NCBI GenBank assembly: GCA_021604705.1
Contig: BQJM01000001.1
Span: forward strand, 72,887 to 136,886
Length of the DNA stretch: 64,000 bases
Source: a marine bacterium B5-7
GTDB lineage: Bacteria; Pseudomonadota; Gammaproteobacteria; BQJM01
Reading direction: 5' to 3'
Under the pieces are notes generated by a model. It saw only the letters and a list, made by a program, of their open reading frames with translations. It did not search any database and had not been told where the DNA came from. Shown here in pieces: positions 48,603 through 59,592 of this stretch (positions within the stretch are counted from its first letter, which is position 1; each line of letters starts with the position of its first letter). Made by a program: the position numbers and the translations under genes.

Positions 48603-49344
48603 GGTCCCGATTCAAAAACTGTTTTACCCATTCATTATCACAGTGCGCACGCAGTTGTTTTGGATCACCTTCTGCGACGATAGATTGCGTGATTTTATCC
48701 AACATAATAACACGATTAGCGATACTAAAAATGCTGGATAGCTCATGGCTGACCATCACAAAGGTAATGCCCAAAAGCCGAGCAAGTTCGGTGATCAGTT
48801 GGTCAAGCTCGGTAGACGTGATGGGATCCAAACCTGCTGAAGGTTCATCCAAAAATAAGATTTTGGGATCCAAGGCCATGGCGCGTGCGATACCCGCGCG
48901 TTTTTGCATACCACCACTGATTTCAGCGGGCAGATGATGAGCAAAACTGCCTAGACCAACGAGTTGCAGTTTCTGCCTTGCAATAGCCTCGATGGCATCG
49001 GGTGGGAGCTTGGTATGCTCTTCCAGCGGTACACACACATTTTCAAGCAGTGTCATTGAACCAAACAAGGCACCACTTTGATACATGACGCCAAACTTTT
49101 TTAAAATATTTTGACGTTCTGTGGCATTAGCCGTGGTGAGCTCACTACCCTCGATAAAAATTTCTCCAGTCGTGGGAGACTGCAAACCAATTAAATGACG
49201 CATCAAGGTACTTTTACCACAACCAGAACCACCGAGTATCACAAAAATTTCACCGGGATGAACACTAAACGTTAAGTCTCGCATCAGCTCATGTTCGCCG
49301 TGTGCCATCGTTAAATTGTTTACTTGAATGATTGGTTCCATCAT
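48583..49344 (-). CDS. ABC transporter ATP-binding protein (MlaF-like)
   Basis: Walker A GGSGCGKST, LSGG-like ISGGMQKR, Walker B LFLDEP. Start set to MMEP at 49344; the longer ORF to 49479 overlaps the upstream permease gene. Confidence 0.85.
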   Translation of the reverse strand: MMEPIIQVNNLTMAHGEHELMRDLTFSVHPGEIFVILGGSGCGKSTLMRHLIGLQSPTTGEIFIEGSELTTANATERQNILKKFGVMYQSGALFGSMTLLENVCVPLEEHTKLPPDAIEAIARQKLQLVGLGSFAHHLPAEISGGMQKRAGIARAMALDPKILFLDEPSAGLDPITSTELDQLITELARLLGITFVMVSHELSSIFSIANRVIMLDKITQSIVAEGDPKQLRAHCDNEWVKQFLNRDLVDENH

Positions 49345-50456
49345 AAGCCCAACGCGTAATAAATAATGGCGAATATCCCATCGAATACTGCAATCATAAT
49401 AATGCCACTGACAACCGCTTGCGTTGTTGATTGTCCGACAGCGCTGGCACCTTGTTGTGTGCGCAGCCCATGTAAGCAACCAATGTTTGCAATGATAATG
49501 CCAAAGACAAATGCTTTAAATAATCCACCAAATAAATCGGTGAGTGTGACGGCAGATTGTAATTGATGCAGATATAAGGTCATGGAAAACCCGAGGGTTT
49601 GCATGACGACTGCGCAACCTATAAGGCCCGCTAAAATCATAAAAATGTTTAAGAAAGGGGTCATTAAGGTGGCGGCAAATAAGCGTGGTAATACTAAAAA
49701 ACGCATGGGTTTTAAGCCCATGGTGTTGAGGGCATCAATTTCTTGATTCACGGTCATTGTGCCGATTTCTGCGGCAAAGGCGGATGCCGTACGCCCGGTG
49801 ATCAAGATTGCTGTCATCAACGGGCCTAATTCACGAATGAGTGATACACCGACTAAATTGGTGACGTAAATTTCTGCCCCAAACTGTTGCAAAGCAATCG
49901 ATGATTGAAAGCCCATGATGAGCCCCAATAAAAAACCGATTAATAAAATAATAGGTAATGCATTCGGCCCGACAATTTCACAGAATTTCCATGCATCTTT
50001 CCAGCGTAATTGTTTCGGATGTTTTAATACGTACATGAGTTCGATGAGAAATTCACCGAGAAAAATGACATTCGCTTTTAAGTAATCGAGAATATTTAAA
50101 GTTGCTTGGCCTAAACGCGCGATAGGATCAAGCTTGGGTGATTCTTTGGCGGTGTTATCTGTGGGATGTTGAGAAATTAACGCAAACAATTGTTGAAACT
50201 TGGGCGCGAGGCCCTGCAGGCTGAATTGTTTGTTGCTGCTGTCTTGTTTTTCTTTTAGTACGTCAAATAAACTGATGCCAGCACCATCGCAATGGGTGAT
50301 AGCAGAGGCATCGACGATTAATTGTTGAGGTTGGTGGGTTTGTTGTGCATCGATGCATTGTTGCCAAAGGGTTGGCAAGGTATTGGCCGTTAATATGCCT
50401 TCAAATGCGAGGCGTAACACATGAGGTTGACTATCATCGATGGAAACCGCGGGCAT
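49341..50456 (-). CDS. MlaE-like ABC permease with N-terminal STAS domain
   Basis: The N-terminal ~100 aa are STAS-like. The C-terminal ~260 aa form a MlaE-type polytopic permease. Confidence 0.8.
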   Translation of the reverse strand: MPAVSIDDSQPHVLRLAFEGILTANTLPTLWQQCIDAQQTHQPQQLIVDASAITHCDGAGISLFDVLKEKQDSSNKQFSLQGLAPKFQQLFALISQHPTDNTAKESPKLDPIARLGQATLNILDYLKANVIFLGEFLIELMYVLKHPKQLRWKDAWKFCEIVGPNALPIILLIGFLLGLIMGFQSSIALQQFGAEIYVTNLVGVSLIRELGPLMTAILITGRTASAFAAEIGTMTVNQEIDALNTMGLKPMRFLVLPRLFAATLMTPFLNIFMILAGLIGCAVVMQTLGFSMTLYLHQLQSAVTLTDLFGGLFKAFVFGIIIANIGCLHGLRTQQGASAVGQSTTQAVVSGIIMIAVFDGIFAIIYYALGL

Positions 50457-50491
50457 TGTTTTCTTCCCTAAAAACCTTTCATCAGGATAGC

Positions 50492-50866
50492 TTATTTTGC
50501 GTCAGACTGACAATGGGTTATCCAGCTCTCAATGACATCCGGTATGTCCGATGCTTTTTCATAGGCAAGCACATGATGAGTCAGTAATGGAATAGCAGAG
50601 GAAGGTTTACGGTTTGATTGATGCAAGCATAGCATAGGAACATTCAGCATATCTGCCCAGCCCAGTTCAATACCAGAACCTGTTGAGGCGTAGGAGACTT
50701 CGGCGATCACCAGATCACAATCCTCGATGATGGCCTTAGAACGTGTCTCTTTTTTTTCATGTGGAAAAACGAAATGATGTTTAGTAACTAATGCACTGGT
50801 TTTCAGCGGTTGATACAGTGCGTTATCAAAATCATAACCGCTTGCATGAATGAGGTATATTTTCAT
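50492..50866 (-). CDS. hypothetical protein (possible nucleoside 2-deoxyribosyltransferase-like fold)
   Basis: 124 aa. Motif VIAEVSYASTGSGIELGWA gives only a weak resemblance. Confidence 0.3.
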   Translation of the reverse strand: MKIYLIHASGYDFDNALYQPLKTSALVTKHHFVFPHEKKETRSKAIIEDCDLVIAEVSYASTGSGIELGWADMLNVPMLCLHQSNRKPSSAIPLLTHHVLAYEKASDIPDVIESWITHCQSDAK

Positions 50867-50941
50867 AGAAAATTTTTTTGTTTCTCAACGGATTGGTGAG
50901 TATATATGATTGTGTAGGCAGCTGATATCCTGCGATGTTAG

Positions 50942-51090
50942 CACGAAAACCAAGTAAATGAGTGCACTGAAAAAGTAAACTGAGTGGATAATATGAGCCT
51001 AAAGGCATCATTTAATGGGTTTTTCTCTTCTTTTAGCTTGATCTAACACGAAAACCAAGTAAACCGAAACACTAAAACCAAGTAAATTAA
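50942..51090 (+). repeat. three direct copies of AAAACCAAGTAAA in the mreD-downstream intergenic region
   Basis: Copies at 50946, 51051 and 51075, each embedded in (C)ACGAAAACCAAGTAAA(T/C). Confidence 0.6.
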
Positions 51091-51095
51091 ACAAC

Positions 51096-51539
51096 CTAGC
51101 CCGCACACAACATCCGTGAAAAATGCTGAAAATCCTGCAGGCTAAATACCGGTTTATGATCGACATCATGGCGACGTAAGCGTTTGGATATACGGGAATG
51201 TGCCAAAATAGCTGGTTTACGCCCGGTTTCTTGCCAATAGGTTTGAATCGCGTCAGGTAGGTAGCCCGTTAAGAAAGCCGTTTGTACCGGCCAGTGCTTG
51301 CCAAGTCGATGCTTTAAATAGTTTAAGCGCTGCTGCACGCGTTCCACCAAATTGTCGGCTAATTGATCGCTGCTGGGCAACGAATGGTAGCAAACCGGTA
51401 AATCTGGTTGGACACACACCAATTCTAACTGCAAATTAGTCGCATGCTTAGCGAAACGGCTTAACAATAAAGACAGACGACGCGTATCATGCGCGTCGAG
51501 ATCGTTGACAACCACCAGGAGAGAGTGGACATCATCCAT
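51096..51539 (-). CDS. hypothetical protein
   Basis: 147 aa ORF downstream of mreD on the same strand. Confidence 0.35.
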   Translation of the reverse strand: MDDVHSLLVVVNDLDAHDTRRLSLLLSRFAKHATNLQLELVCVQPDLPVCYHSLPSSDQLADNLVERVQQRLNYLKHRLGKHWPVQTAFLTGYLPDAIQTYWQETGRKPAILAHSRISKRLRRHDVDHKPVFSLQDFQHFSRMLCAG

Positions 51540-51710
51540 GATGAAGACTCCTTGCTTACGTTTACTGGCACTTCAGACTGCGGATCCATATCCCTGAAGC
51601 AAATTCCTTTTTTGTTACTGGCTAACGGTACTGCCATCTGCCGTTCTCCTTGACCTAAAAAGTTTAACACAGCGAAAACAAAACACTAGTGGTTACAAAC
51701 AACCGGACGA

Positions 51711-52217
51711 TCAACTGAAACGTTTTTGTTTCTTTCTTAGTTGTTGCTGCTTGCGTAGCAAGAAATACGAGAGTAGTGGCCAGCTGACTGTGTTGGTCAC
51801 GCAAGGTAACCAGAAACGGTAATCATGGATGGGTAAGTTTAACATCCCCATCACAATCAACAGACAGGTGCGGTAGCTGATCGACAAAATGAAGATGGCG
51901 AGTAGCTGTTGCGTCAGTGGGAACATTCGGATTTGTCGGTGTAAGTGTGAGACAACATAAAAGACCACGACCAAACAAAGTCCATGCAATCCCAAGGGTG
52001 TTGCTGTCAGTGAATCTAATAACACGCTGAGTGCCAGGAGCGCGATTAAGCTGAGGCGACCTGGTTGATGCAATAACCAAAAGATCATCGCCAACAAAAT
52101 CCAGTCAGGTCGCCACCAAGTTAATTGCGATCCAAGTGGTAGCACTGCCAGCAGTAAGGCAACAATAAAACTTGTGCTGATTTTTAGAAGAGAAAATTTC
52201 TGTTGTAAGTTATCCAT
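51711..52217 (-). CDS. mreD: rod shape-determining protein MreD
   Basis: 168 aa, polytopic. Follows mreC. Confidence 0.8.
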   Translation of the reverse strand: MDNLQQKFSLLKISTSFIVALLLAVLPLGSQLTWWRPDWILLAMIFWLLHQPGRLSLIALLALSVLLDSLTATPLGLHGLCLVVVFYVVSHLHRQIRMFPLTQQLLAIFILSISYRTCLLIVMGMLNLPIHDYRFWLPCVTNTVSWPLLSYFLLRKQQQLRKKQKRFS

Positions 52218-53046
52218 GATCGCTCATTTGTTTCGGTGGCCACGCTAGTAAAACATGTCGCCCACGATCGAGCGCTGCCAGCGGTGTTAAAGTAATGGTT
52301 GCGAAAGATTCATCGGGATTTTTTTGTATCTCCGTGATTTTACCGACGGGGTATCCGGCAGGATACACATTACCTAAACCGGAAGTGACTAAGCGATCGC
52401 CGACTTGCATGTCGTTAGTTTTAGGCACATGTAATAACTTTAGCTGTTGCATATTCCCTGTGCCGATTGCAATCGCCCGTAACTTATTTCGGGTGTCGGT
52501 GACGGGTACGGCACTTTTGGGATCAGCGATTAATAAAACACGCGCGGTGTCCGATGTGGTTGCAATGACCTGACCAATGACGCCTTGCGCACCGAGTACG
52601 GGTTGTCCGGCATATACCCCAGCTTTCTCGCCTTGATTCACAATAATTTGATGGGTGAATGGCGCGAGGTCAATCGCGACCAACTTTGCCATAAGAATTT
52701 GTCCAGCAACACGACTAGACGATTGTAATAATGCGCGTAATGCTTTGTTGTCACTGGCAATTGCATGTAACTCTTGTACTTGCGCATTCAGCAGAATAAG
52801 TTGCTGATGTAGCTGCGCGTTTTCATCGATTAAATGTTGACGAAAGTGTGCGTGTGTTTTTACGGTGTAAACAAAATTACTGGGTGCGCTTGCTAACCAA
52901 ATAATAGGAACATTAATGGCATGCAAGACACGACGCGTGCGTTGCCATGGTGTGTGATGACCCACAACTAACAATGCAATCATCAACAGCAACGCAACAA
53001 GTGTGCGTAACCCTAAGGTGGAGTGTTGGCCGAATAATCGTTGCAA
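52210..53046 (-). CDS. mreC: rod shape-determining protein MreC
   Basis: N-terminal TM segment and coiled coil. Lies between mreB and mreD. Confidence 0.85.
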   Translation of the reverse strand: MQRLFGQHSTLGLRTLVALLLMIALLVVGHHTPWQRTRRVLHAINVPIIWLASAPSNFVYTVKTHAHFRQHLIDENAQLHQQLILLNAQVQELHAIASDNKALRALLQSSSRVAGQILMAKLVAIDLAPFTHQIIVNQGEKAGVYAGQPVLGAQGVIGQVIATTSDTARVLLIADPKSAVPVTDTRNKLRAIAIGTGNMQQLKLLHVPKTNDMQVGDRLVTSGLGNVYPAGYPVGKITEIQKNPDESFATITLTPLAALDRGRHVLLAWPPKQMSDHG

Positions 53047-53063
53047 AACGCTATCCTAATGGT

Positions 53064-54140
<1,077 letters not shown>

Positions 54141-54224
54141 CTATCTAAGTGATGATGCGGCAGTATAAAGCAATTCTAATCAGTGATACAATGCGCTCTA
54201 GCTGGTTAATGGAGAATTTGTACA

Positions 54225-55025
54225 ATGATACCTGTAGGATTGCAGTCCATTTTTGCTCAAAATATGGGCAGCTTCTTGGCCGTTGCGGGCATTCTCATCG
54301 TCGGGATTGTCGGCGCGACCGTGTTCAAGCGGGCGTGTTTGCGCTGGGTACCAGAAACACACAACCCAAGCTTAAAGCATTTTCTCGTTAACCTCATTTA
54401 CGCAGCTTGCTTGATTGTTGTTGCTATTATCGCCCTAGGTAAGTTAGGCGTGCCGACCGCATCTCTTGTAACCGTTTTGGGTGCAGCAAGTTTATCCATT
54501 AGTTTGGCCATGAAAGATTTTCTTTCAAATATTGCCGCAGGTTTTACAGTTTTGTTTTCTCGACCATTTAAAGTTGGTGATACCATTGAAGTCTCCGGCA
54601 CGATGGGCACAGTCACAAAGATTAATTTATTTGTGACGCAACTAAAAACGAAGTTAAACGAAGCTATCTTTATCCCAAATAATAAAATCGTAGGGGAAAA
54701 AATCTTAAATAAAACGTTTTATCCTGTGCGTCGCTATGATTTGCCAATAAGCATTGATTTTAAAACGGATATTCAGAAAGTGAAAACCTTGCTAGAAGAT
54801 GCATTAAAACAGTGTGAGGTTGTGCAGCAGGATCCTGCCTTTCTTGTGGCTGTTAGCGGCTTAAATGACAGTGGGATTTCTTTAACAATAAAAGTGTTTG
54901 TAAAACGAGATAATTATTTACGTAGCACGTATACGGTGCTAGAAAAAGTGATTGAAACATTAAATGCACATGACATCATCCCATTGTATCCGCAAATGGA
55001 TGTGCATTTGCATCAAGATGTTTAG
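54225..55025 (+). CDS. small-conductance mechanosensitive channel (MscS family)
   Basis: Three N-terminal TM helices and an MscS beta-domain. Confidence 0.8.
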   Translation: MIPVGLQSIFAQNMGSFLAVAGILIVGIVGATVFKRACLRWVPETHNPSLKHFLVNLIYAACLIVVAIIALGKLGVPTASLVTVLGAASLSISLAMKDFLSNIAAGFTVLFSRPFKVGDTIEVSGTMGTVTKINLFVTQLKTKLNEAIFIPNNKIVGEKILNKTFYPVRRYDLPISIDFKTDIQKVKTLLEDALKQCEVVQQDPAFLVAVSGLNDSGISLTIKVFVKRDNYLRSTYTVLEKVIETLNAHDIIPLYPQMDVHLHQDV

Positions 55026-55030
55026 GAGGG

Positions 55031-56008
55031 GTGATGTTAGCAACAATGACTGTTTTAAATTCGGCTGATTCTTACCATATCCATGATTTGGATGGATTGG
55101 AAATCGGTCTTCAATCAGCAGAGCCCTGTTGGATCCAGTTACATCTTGATCAGATGAGTGATGAAGTCTTGCAATCGATGTCAACGATTTTGGCATTTGA
55201 TCCAATGAGTTACCAACATTTTTTATCGTCGGATCAACGGACAGGTATGATAGAACATGATAATGGTGTGGTAGTACATGTGAATTATGCGGAGCCTGCG
55301 ATTCATGAGGGGCGTTTAGAAACGGGTATTTTAAAATTAGCGACCTTTCCTAATGTATTGGTGAGTGTCCATGATGGGGGGACATTAGATTTATTGCCTA
55401 TTGTGCAGCGCATGAAAAATCCGGTCTCGCGTTTACGTGACTTGGGTGTAGGCTATTTACTTTATGTGATCTTAGATGTGTTGGTAGATAAACAATTTAT
55501 GTTGTTAGAAACACTAGATGATGAGGTGGAACAACTAGAAGCACATCTCATTCAACATGAGAAACCTTTTTCCTCAAATCAGCTCTATGCCTTAAAACGC
55601 AACGCGATTACGATGAAACGTATTACGACTTCATTGCGCGAGTTGCCTGGAAAATTGGTTAAAATGGATGAACCCGCTTGGTCTGAAGCGCTGATTCCAT
55701 TTTTTGATGAACTACGCTCACAGTGTATACATCTATCAGAAGAAGTGGGCAGTTTTAGTGAACTATTAAATAATCTATACAATATTCATTATGCCATGAT
55801 TAATAATACGATGAATAAATCTATGCGAATACTCACGTTGTTTTCTACTATTTTTATTCCGCTCAACTTCATTGCAGGTCTTTATGGCATGAATTTCCAA
55901 TATATGCCAGAGCTTAAGTGGCACTATGGCTATTATGCTGCTTTAGGCTTAATGGGCACGGTTGCGGCGAGTTTGGCGATTTACTTTCGATTCTCTAGGA
56001 AGGTATAA
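55031..56008 (+). CDS. corA: CorA-family Mg2+/Co2+ transporter
   Basis: C-terminal YGMNF signature followed by two TM helices. Confidence 0.85.
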   Translation: MMLATMTVLNSADSYHIHDLDGLEIGLQSAEPCWIQLHLDQMSDEVLQSMSTILAFDPMSYQHFLSSDQRTGMIEHDNGVVVHVNYAEPAIHEGRLETGILKLATFPNVLVSVHDGGTLDLLPIVQRMKNPVSRLRDLGVGYLLYVILDVLVDKQFMLLETLDDEVEQLEAHLIQHEKPFSSNQLYALKRNAITMKRITTSLRELPGKLVKMDEPAWSEALIPFFDELRSQCIHLSEEVGSFSELLNNLYNIHYAMINNTMNKSMRILTLFSTIFIPLNFIAGLYGMNFQYMPELKWHYGYYAALGLMGTVAASLAIYFRFSRKV

Positions 56009-56037
56009 TCCTTCCTTATTCATGATTAGGTAATCTT

Positions 56038-56334
56038 ATGTCGGAGACACTATCCCAAGAACAGGTGCGAAAAATAGCACATCTAGCACGCTTGCAACTA
56101 TCTGATGAAGAAGTGGATGCTTTTAGTGAGTCGCTCACTGACATTCTTGCCTTTGTTGATGTCATGGCATCGGAAGACACCAACGGTGTTGCGCCCTTAG
56201 CGCATCCCCGCGACATGGTGCAACGCATGCGCGCAGACAAAGTCACCGAAACCAATCAACGCGAACTATTCCAAGCTAACAGCCAAGTAGAAGATGGCTT
56301 ATACTTGGTGCCTAAAGTATTAGATACAGAGTAA
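56038..56334 (+). CDS. gatC: Asp/Glu-tRNA amidotransferase subunit C
   Basis: 98 aa GatC, followed by gatA and gatB. Confidence 0.9.
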   Translation: MSETLSQEQVRKIAHLARLQLSDEEVDAFSESLTDILAFVDVMASEDTNGVAPLAHPRDMVQRMRADKVTETNQRELFQANSQVEDGLYLVPKVLDTE

Positions 56335-56337
56335 ACC

Positions 56338-57792
56338 ATGAAACAAACTGCTGCGGAATTAGCAAAAGCCCTTGCTGCGGGTGAAACCACCAGTGAAAAA
56401 ATCACAGAAAGTTATTTAGATCGCATTGCGCGTATCGATCCTAACTTCAATAGTTTTATTACAGTTTGTAACGATCAGGCGATGCAAGCTGCACGTGAAT
56501 CTGATGAACGCCGTCAAAACGGATCACCAAGAAGTGCCTTGGATGGTGTGCCCATTGCACAAAAAGATTTATTTTGTACGCAAGGTATTAAAACCAGTTG
56601 CGGATCGCGCATGCTAGATAGTTTTGTTTCGCCGTACAATGCGACCTTAATTGATAAATGTAATGCGGCAGGATTAATTATGTTGGGTAAAACCAACATG
56701 GATGAATTCGCGATGGGTTCATCGAACGAGAACAGTTATTACGGTCATGTACGTAATCCTTGGGATACCGATCGCGTGCCTGGTGGTTCATCGGGTGGTT
56801 CAGCGGCGGCAGTGGCTGCACGTTTAGCGCCTTGGGCAACTGGGACAGACACGGGTGGATCGATTCGTCAGCCCGCTGCATTTTGTGGTTTAACCGGTTT
56901 AAAACCGAGTTACGGTTTAGTGTCACGTTATGGCATGGTCGCGTTTGCATCGAGTTTGGATCAAGGTGGTCCCATGGCGCAAACGGCAGAAGATGCGGCA
57001 TTATTGTTAAATGTCATTGCGGGTTTTGACGAGAAAGATTCAACCAGCATTGAACACGACGTGCCGGATTACACCGCAACGTTAAACAATGATTTAAGTG
57101 GCTTAACGGCGGGTTTGCCAGAAGAATACTTTACGGGTGATTTAGATCCGGCGATGGCAGAAGTCATTGAGCAAAGCAAAAAAGTATTGGCGGAGCAGGG
57201 GGTGAGCTTCAAACCGATTAGTTTACCGCGTGCCCATTTAGCGGCACCGGCGTATTATGTGATTGCACCCGCAGAGTGTTCATCGAATTTGGCGCGTCTT
57301 GATGGTGTGCGTTATGGTTATCGTTGCGATAACCCGAAAGATTTATTAGACATGTACTGTCGTTCTCGGGGTGAGGCTTTTGGTGACGAAGTGAAACGTC
57401 GCGTGATGGTCGGTGCTTATGCCTTATCCGCAGGTTTTTATGATGCGTATTACGTGAAGGCACAACAGATTCGTCGTTTAATGAAAAACGATTTTGATAA
57501 AGCGTTTGAGCAGGTCGATTTTATTTTATCACCAACGACACCGTCACCGGCATTTAAATTAGGTGAAAAAACGGGTGATCCAATCACGATGTATTTAAAT
57601 GATGTGTTCACCATTGCCGTGAATTTAGCGGGTTTGCCTGCGTTATCTATGCCTGCAGGGTTTGTGGATGACTTACCTGTTGGCGTGCAATTGATTGGTC
57701 AATACTTTGATGAAGCGCGATTACTCAATGTAGCGCATCGTTATCAACAAAAAACAGAATGGCATCGTGCAATGCCTGATGTGTGTAAGTAA
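56338..57792 (+). CDS. gatA: Asp/Glu-tRNA amidotransferase subunit A
   Basis: Amidase signature [13 protein letters not shown]. Confidence 0.95.
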   Translation: MKQTAAELAKALAAGETTSEKITESYLDRIARIDPNFNSFITVCNDQAMQAARESDERRQNGSPRSALDGVPIAQKDLFCTQGIKTSCGSRMLDSFVSPYNATLIDKCNAAGLIMLGKTNMDEFAMGSSNENSYYGHVRNPWDTDRVPGGSSGGSAAAVAARLAPWATGTDTGGSIRQPAAFCGLTGLKPSYGLVSRYGMVAFASSLDQGGPMAQTAEDAALLLNVIAGFDEKDSTSIEHDVPDYTATLNNDLSGLTAGLPEEYFTGDLDPAMAEVIEQSKKVLAEQGVSFKPISLPRAHLAAPAYYVIAPAECSSNLARLDGVRYGYRCDNPKDLLDMYCRSRGEAFGDEVKRRVMVGAYALSAGFYDAYYVKAQQIRRLMKNDFDKAFEQVDFILSPTTPSPAFKLGEKTGDPITMYLNDVFTIAVNLAGLPALSMPAGFVDDLPVGVQLIGQYFDEARLLNVAHRYQQKTEWHRAMPDVCK

Positions 57793-57804
57793 TCGGGGAA
57801 GCGT

Positions 57805-59238
57805 ATGAGTGAGTGGGAAACGGTTATTGGTTTAGAAGTTCACGCGCAGCTGACCACCAAGAGTAAAATATTTTCTGGTGCTTCCATTGCCTATGGTGCA
57901 GAGCCAAACACACAAGCATGTGCGGTGGACTTAGGGTTGCCGGGTGTATTACCTGTGTTAAACCAAGCTGCGGTGCATAAAGCGGTGAAGTTTGGTTTAG
58001 CGGTCGATGCTTTCATTGAGCAACATGCGGTGTTTGCACGTAAAAATTATTTTTATCCTGATTTACCAAAAGGTTATCAAATTAGCCAACTCGATCGACC
58101 GATTGTCGGAAAAGGATCGTTAGATATTCAGTTAGAAGATGGTACGGAAAGGTGCATCAACATTACGCGTGCCCATTTAGAAGAAGATGCAGGAAAATCC
58201 TTGCATGAAGATTACCATGGCATGACCGGGATTGATTTAAATCGCGCAGGCACACCCTTGTTAGAAATTGTTTCTGAGCCAGATTTGCGTTCAGCAGAAG
58301 AGGCCGTCGCTTATTTAAAAACATTGCATGCCTTGGTGACCTATCTAGGTATTTGCGATGGTAATATGCAAGAAGGGTCATTTCGTTGTGACGCCAATGT
58401 ATCGGTTCGGCCAGTGGGGCAAACAGAATTAGGTACACGTTGCGAAATTAAAAACATTAATTCTTTTAAGTTTGTTGAAAAGGCGATTCAGATCGAATCC
58501 GCGAGACAGATTGCATTAATTGAATCGGGCGGCAAGGTTCATCAGGCGACACGTTTGTATGATCCGACAAAAAACGAAACACGCGCCATGCGTAGTAAAG
58601 AAGAGGCGAATGATTACCGTTATTTCCCAGATCCAGACCTATTACCGGTCGTCTTATCTGACGAGTATATCGCCGCAATTAAAGCGGATATGCCTGAATT
58701 ACCTAAAGCCAAATGCGCACGTTTTGAAAAGGATTATGGTTTAAGTGCGTATGATGCGGCTGTATTAACCAGTTCACGTGCATTAGCCGACTATTTTGAG
58801 GCCGTCGTGAAAGCCTTAAATGGCGAAGCCAAGTTAGTCGCTAACTGGGTAACGGGCACCTTAATGGCGGCACTGAACAAAGATGCCATTCGTATTGAAA
58901 ATTCACCAGTGAATGCAGAACGGTTTTCAGGCTTATTGCAACGTATTTTAGACGACACCATTTCTGGCAAGATTGCGAAGACGGTGTTTGATGCGATGTG
59001 GACTGATGATGTTGCTGCCGATGTTGTTATTGAACAAAAAGGCTTAAAGCAAATCGCGGACACCGGTGAGTTAGAAAAAATTGTTGACGAAGTATTAGCG
59101 GCGAGCCCGAAGCAAGTGGAACAATTCAAATCCGGCAATGAAAAAATCATCGGTTATTTGGTTGGCCAAGTGATGCAGAAGACCCAAGGTAAGGCGAACC
59201 CGAAACAGGTGAATGCCTTGTTGAAAGAAAAACTGTAA
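57805..59238 (+). CDS. gatB: Asp/Glu-tRNA amidotransferase subunit B
   Basis: GatB N-terminus [13 protein letters not shown] and the C-terminal YqeY-like domain. Confidence 0.95.
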   Translation: MSEWETVIGLEVHAQLTTKSKIFSGASIAYGAEPNTQACAVDLGLPGVLPVLNQAAVHKAVKFGLAVDAFIEQHAVFARKNYFYPDLPKGYQISQLDRPIVGKGSLDIQLEDGTERCINITRAHLEEDAGKSLHEDYHGMTGIDLNRAGTPLLEIVSEPDLRSAEEAVAYLKTLHALVTYLGICDGNMQEGSFRCDANVSVRPVGQTELGTRCEIKNINSFKFVEKAIQIESARQIALIESGGKVHQATRLYDPTKNETRAMRSKEEANDYRYFPDPDLLPVVLSDEYIAAIKADMPELPKAKCARFEKDYGLSAYDAAVLTSSRALADYFEAVVKALNGEAKLVANWVTGTLMAALNKDAIRIENSPVNAERFSGLLQRILDDTISGKIAKTVFDAMWTDDVAADVVIEQKGLKQIADTGELEKIVDEVLAASPKQVEQFKSGNEKIIGYLVGQVMQKTQGKANPKQVNALLKEKL

Positions 59239-59243
59239 CCTTA

Positions 59244-59577
59244 TTGTCACCCTGGAAAACTACTTGTCATCCTGGCCACCGCTGTCATCCCGCACTTGAT
59301 GCGGGATCCCCATCTATTACCATAGCGTCAACGCTGTCATCCCGCACTTGATGCGGGATCCCCGTCTAGTACCATAGCGTCAACGCTGTCATCCCGCACT
59401 TGATGCGGGATCCCCATCTATTACCATAGCGTCAACGCTGTCATCCCGCACTTGATGCGGGATCCCCATCTATTACCAATGTCATTCCGGCGAAAGCCGG
59501 AATCTCCTGATAGTACTGCGGTACTAGTTAGAGACCCCGGGTCAAGCCCGGGGTGACAGCAGTAAGTGGAATGACAG
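59244..59577. repeat. REP array including a 52-bp tandem repeat (3.7 copies, 59281..59470)
   Basis: Unit GCTGTCATCCCGCACTTGATGCGGGATCCCCATCTATTACCATAGCGTCAAC repeated head-to-tail, followed by TTCCGGCGAAAGCCGGAATCTCC and GAGACCCCGGGTCAAGCCCGGGGTGACAG variants. Confidence 0.9.
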
Positions 59578-59592
59578 GGGGGAGTTATTTAC

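Noticed and set aside
59281-59470. CRISPR array
   Set aside because: The 52-bp units are contiguous with no unique spacers between them and derive from the dispersed REP family. No cas genes are nearby. This is a minisatellite, not CRISPR.
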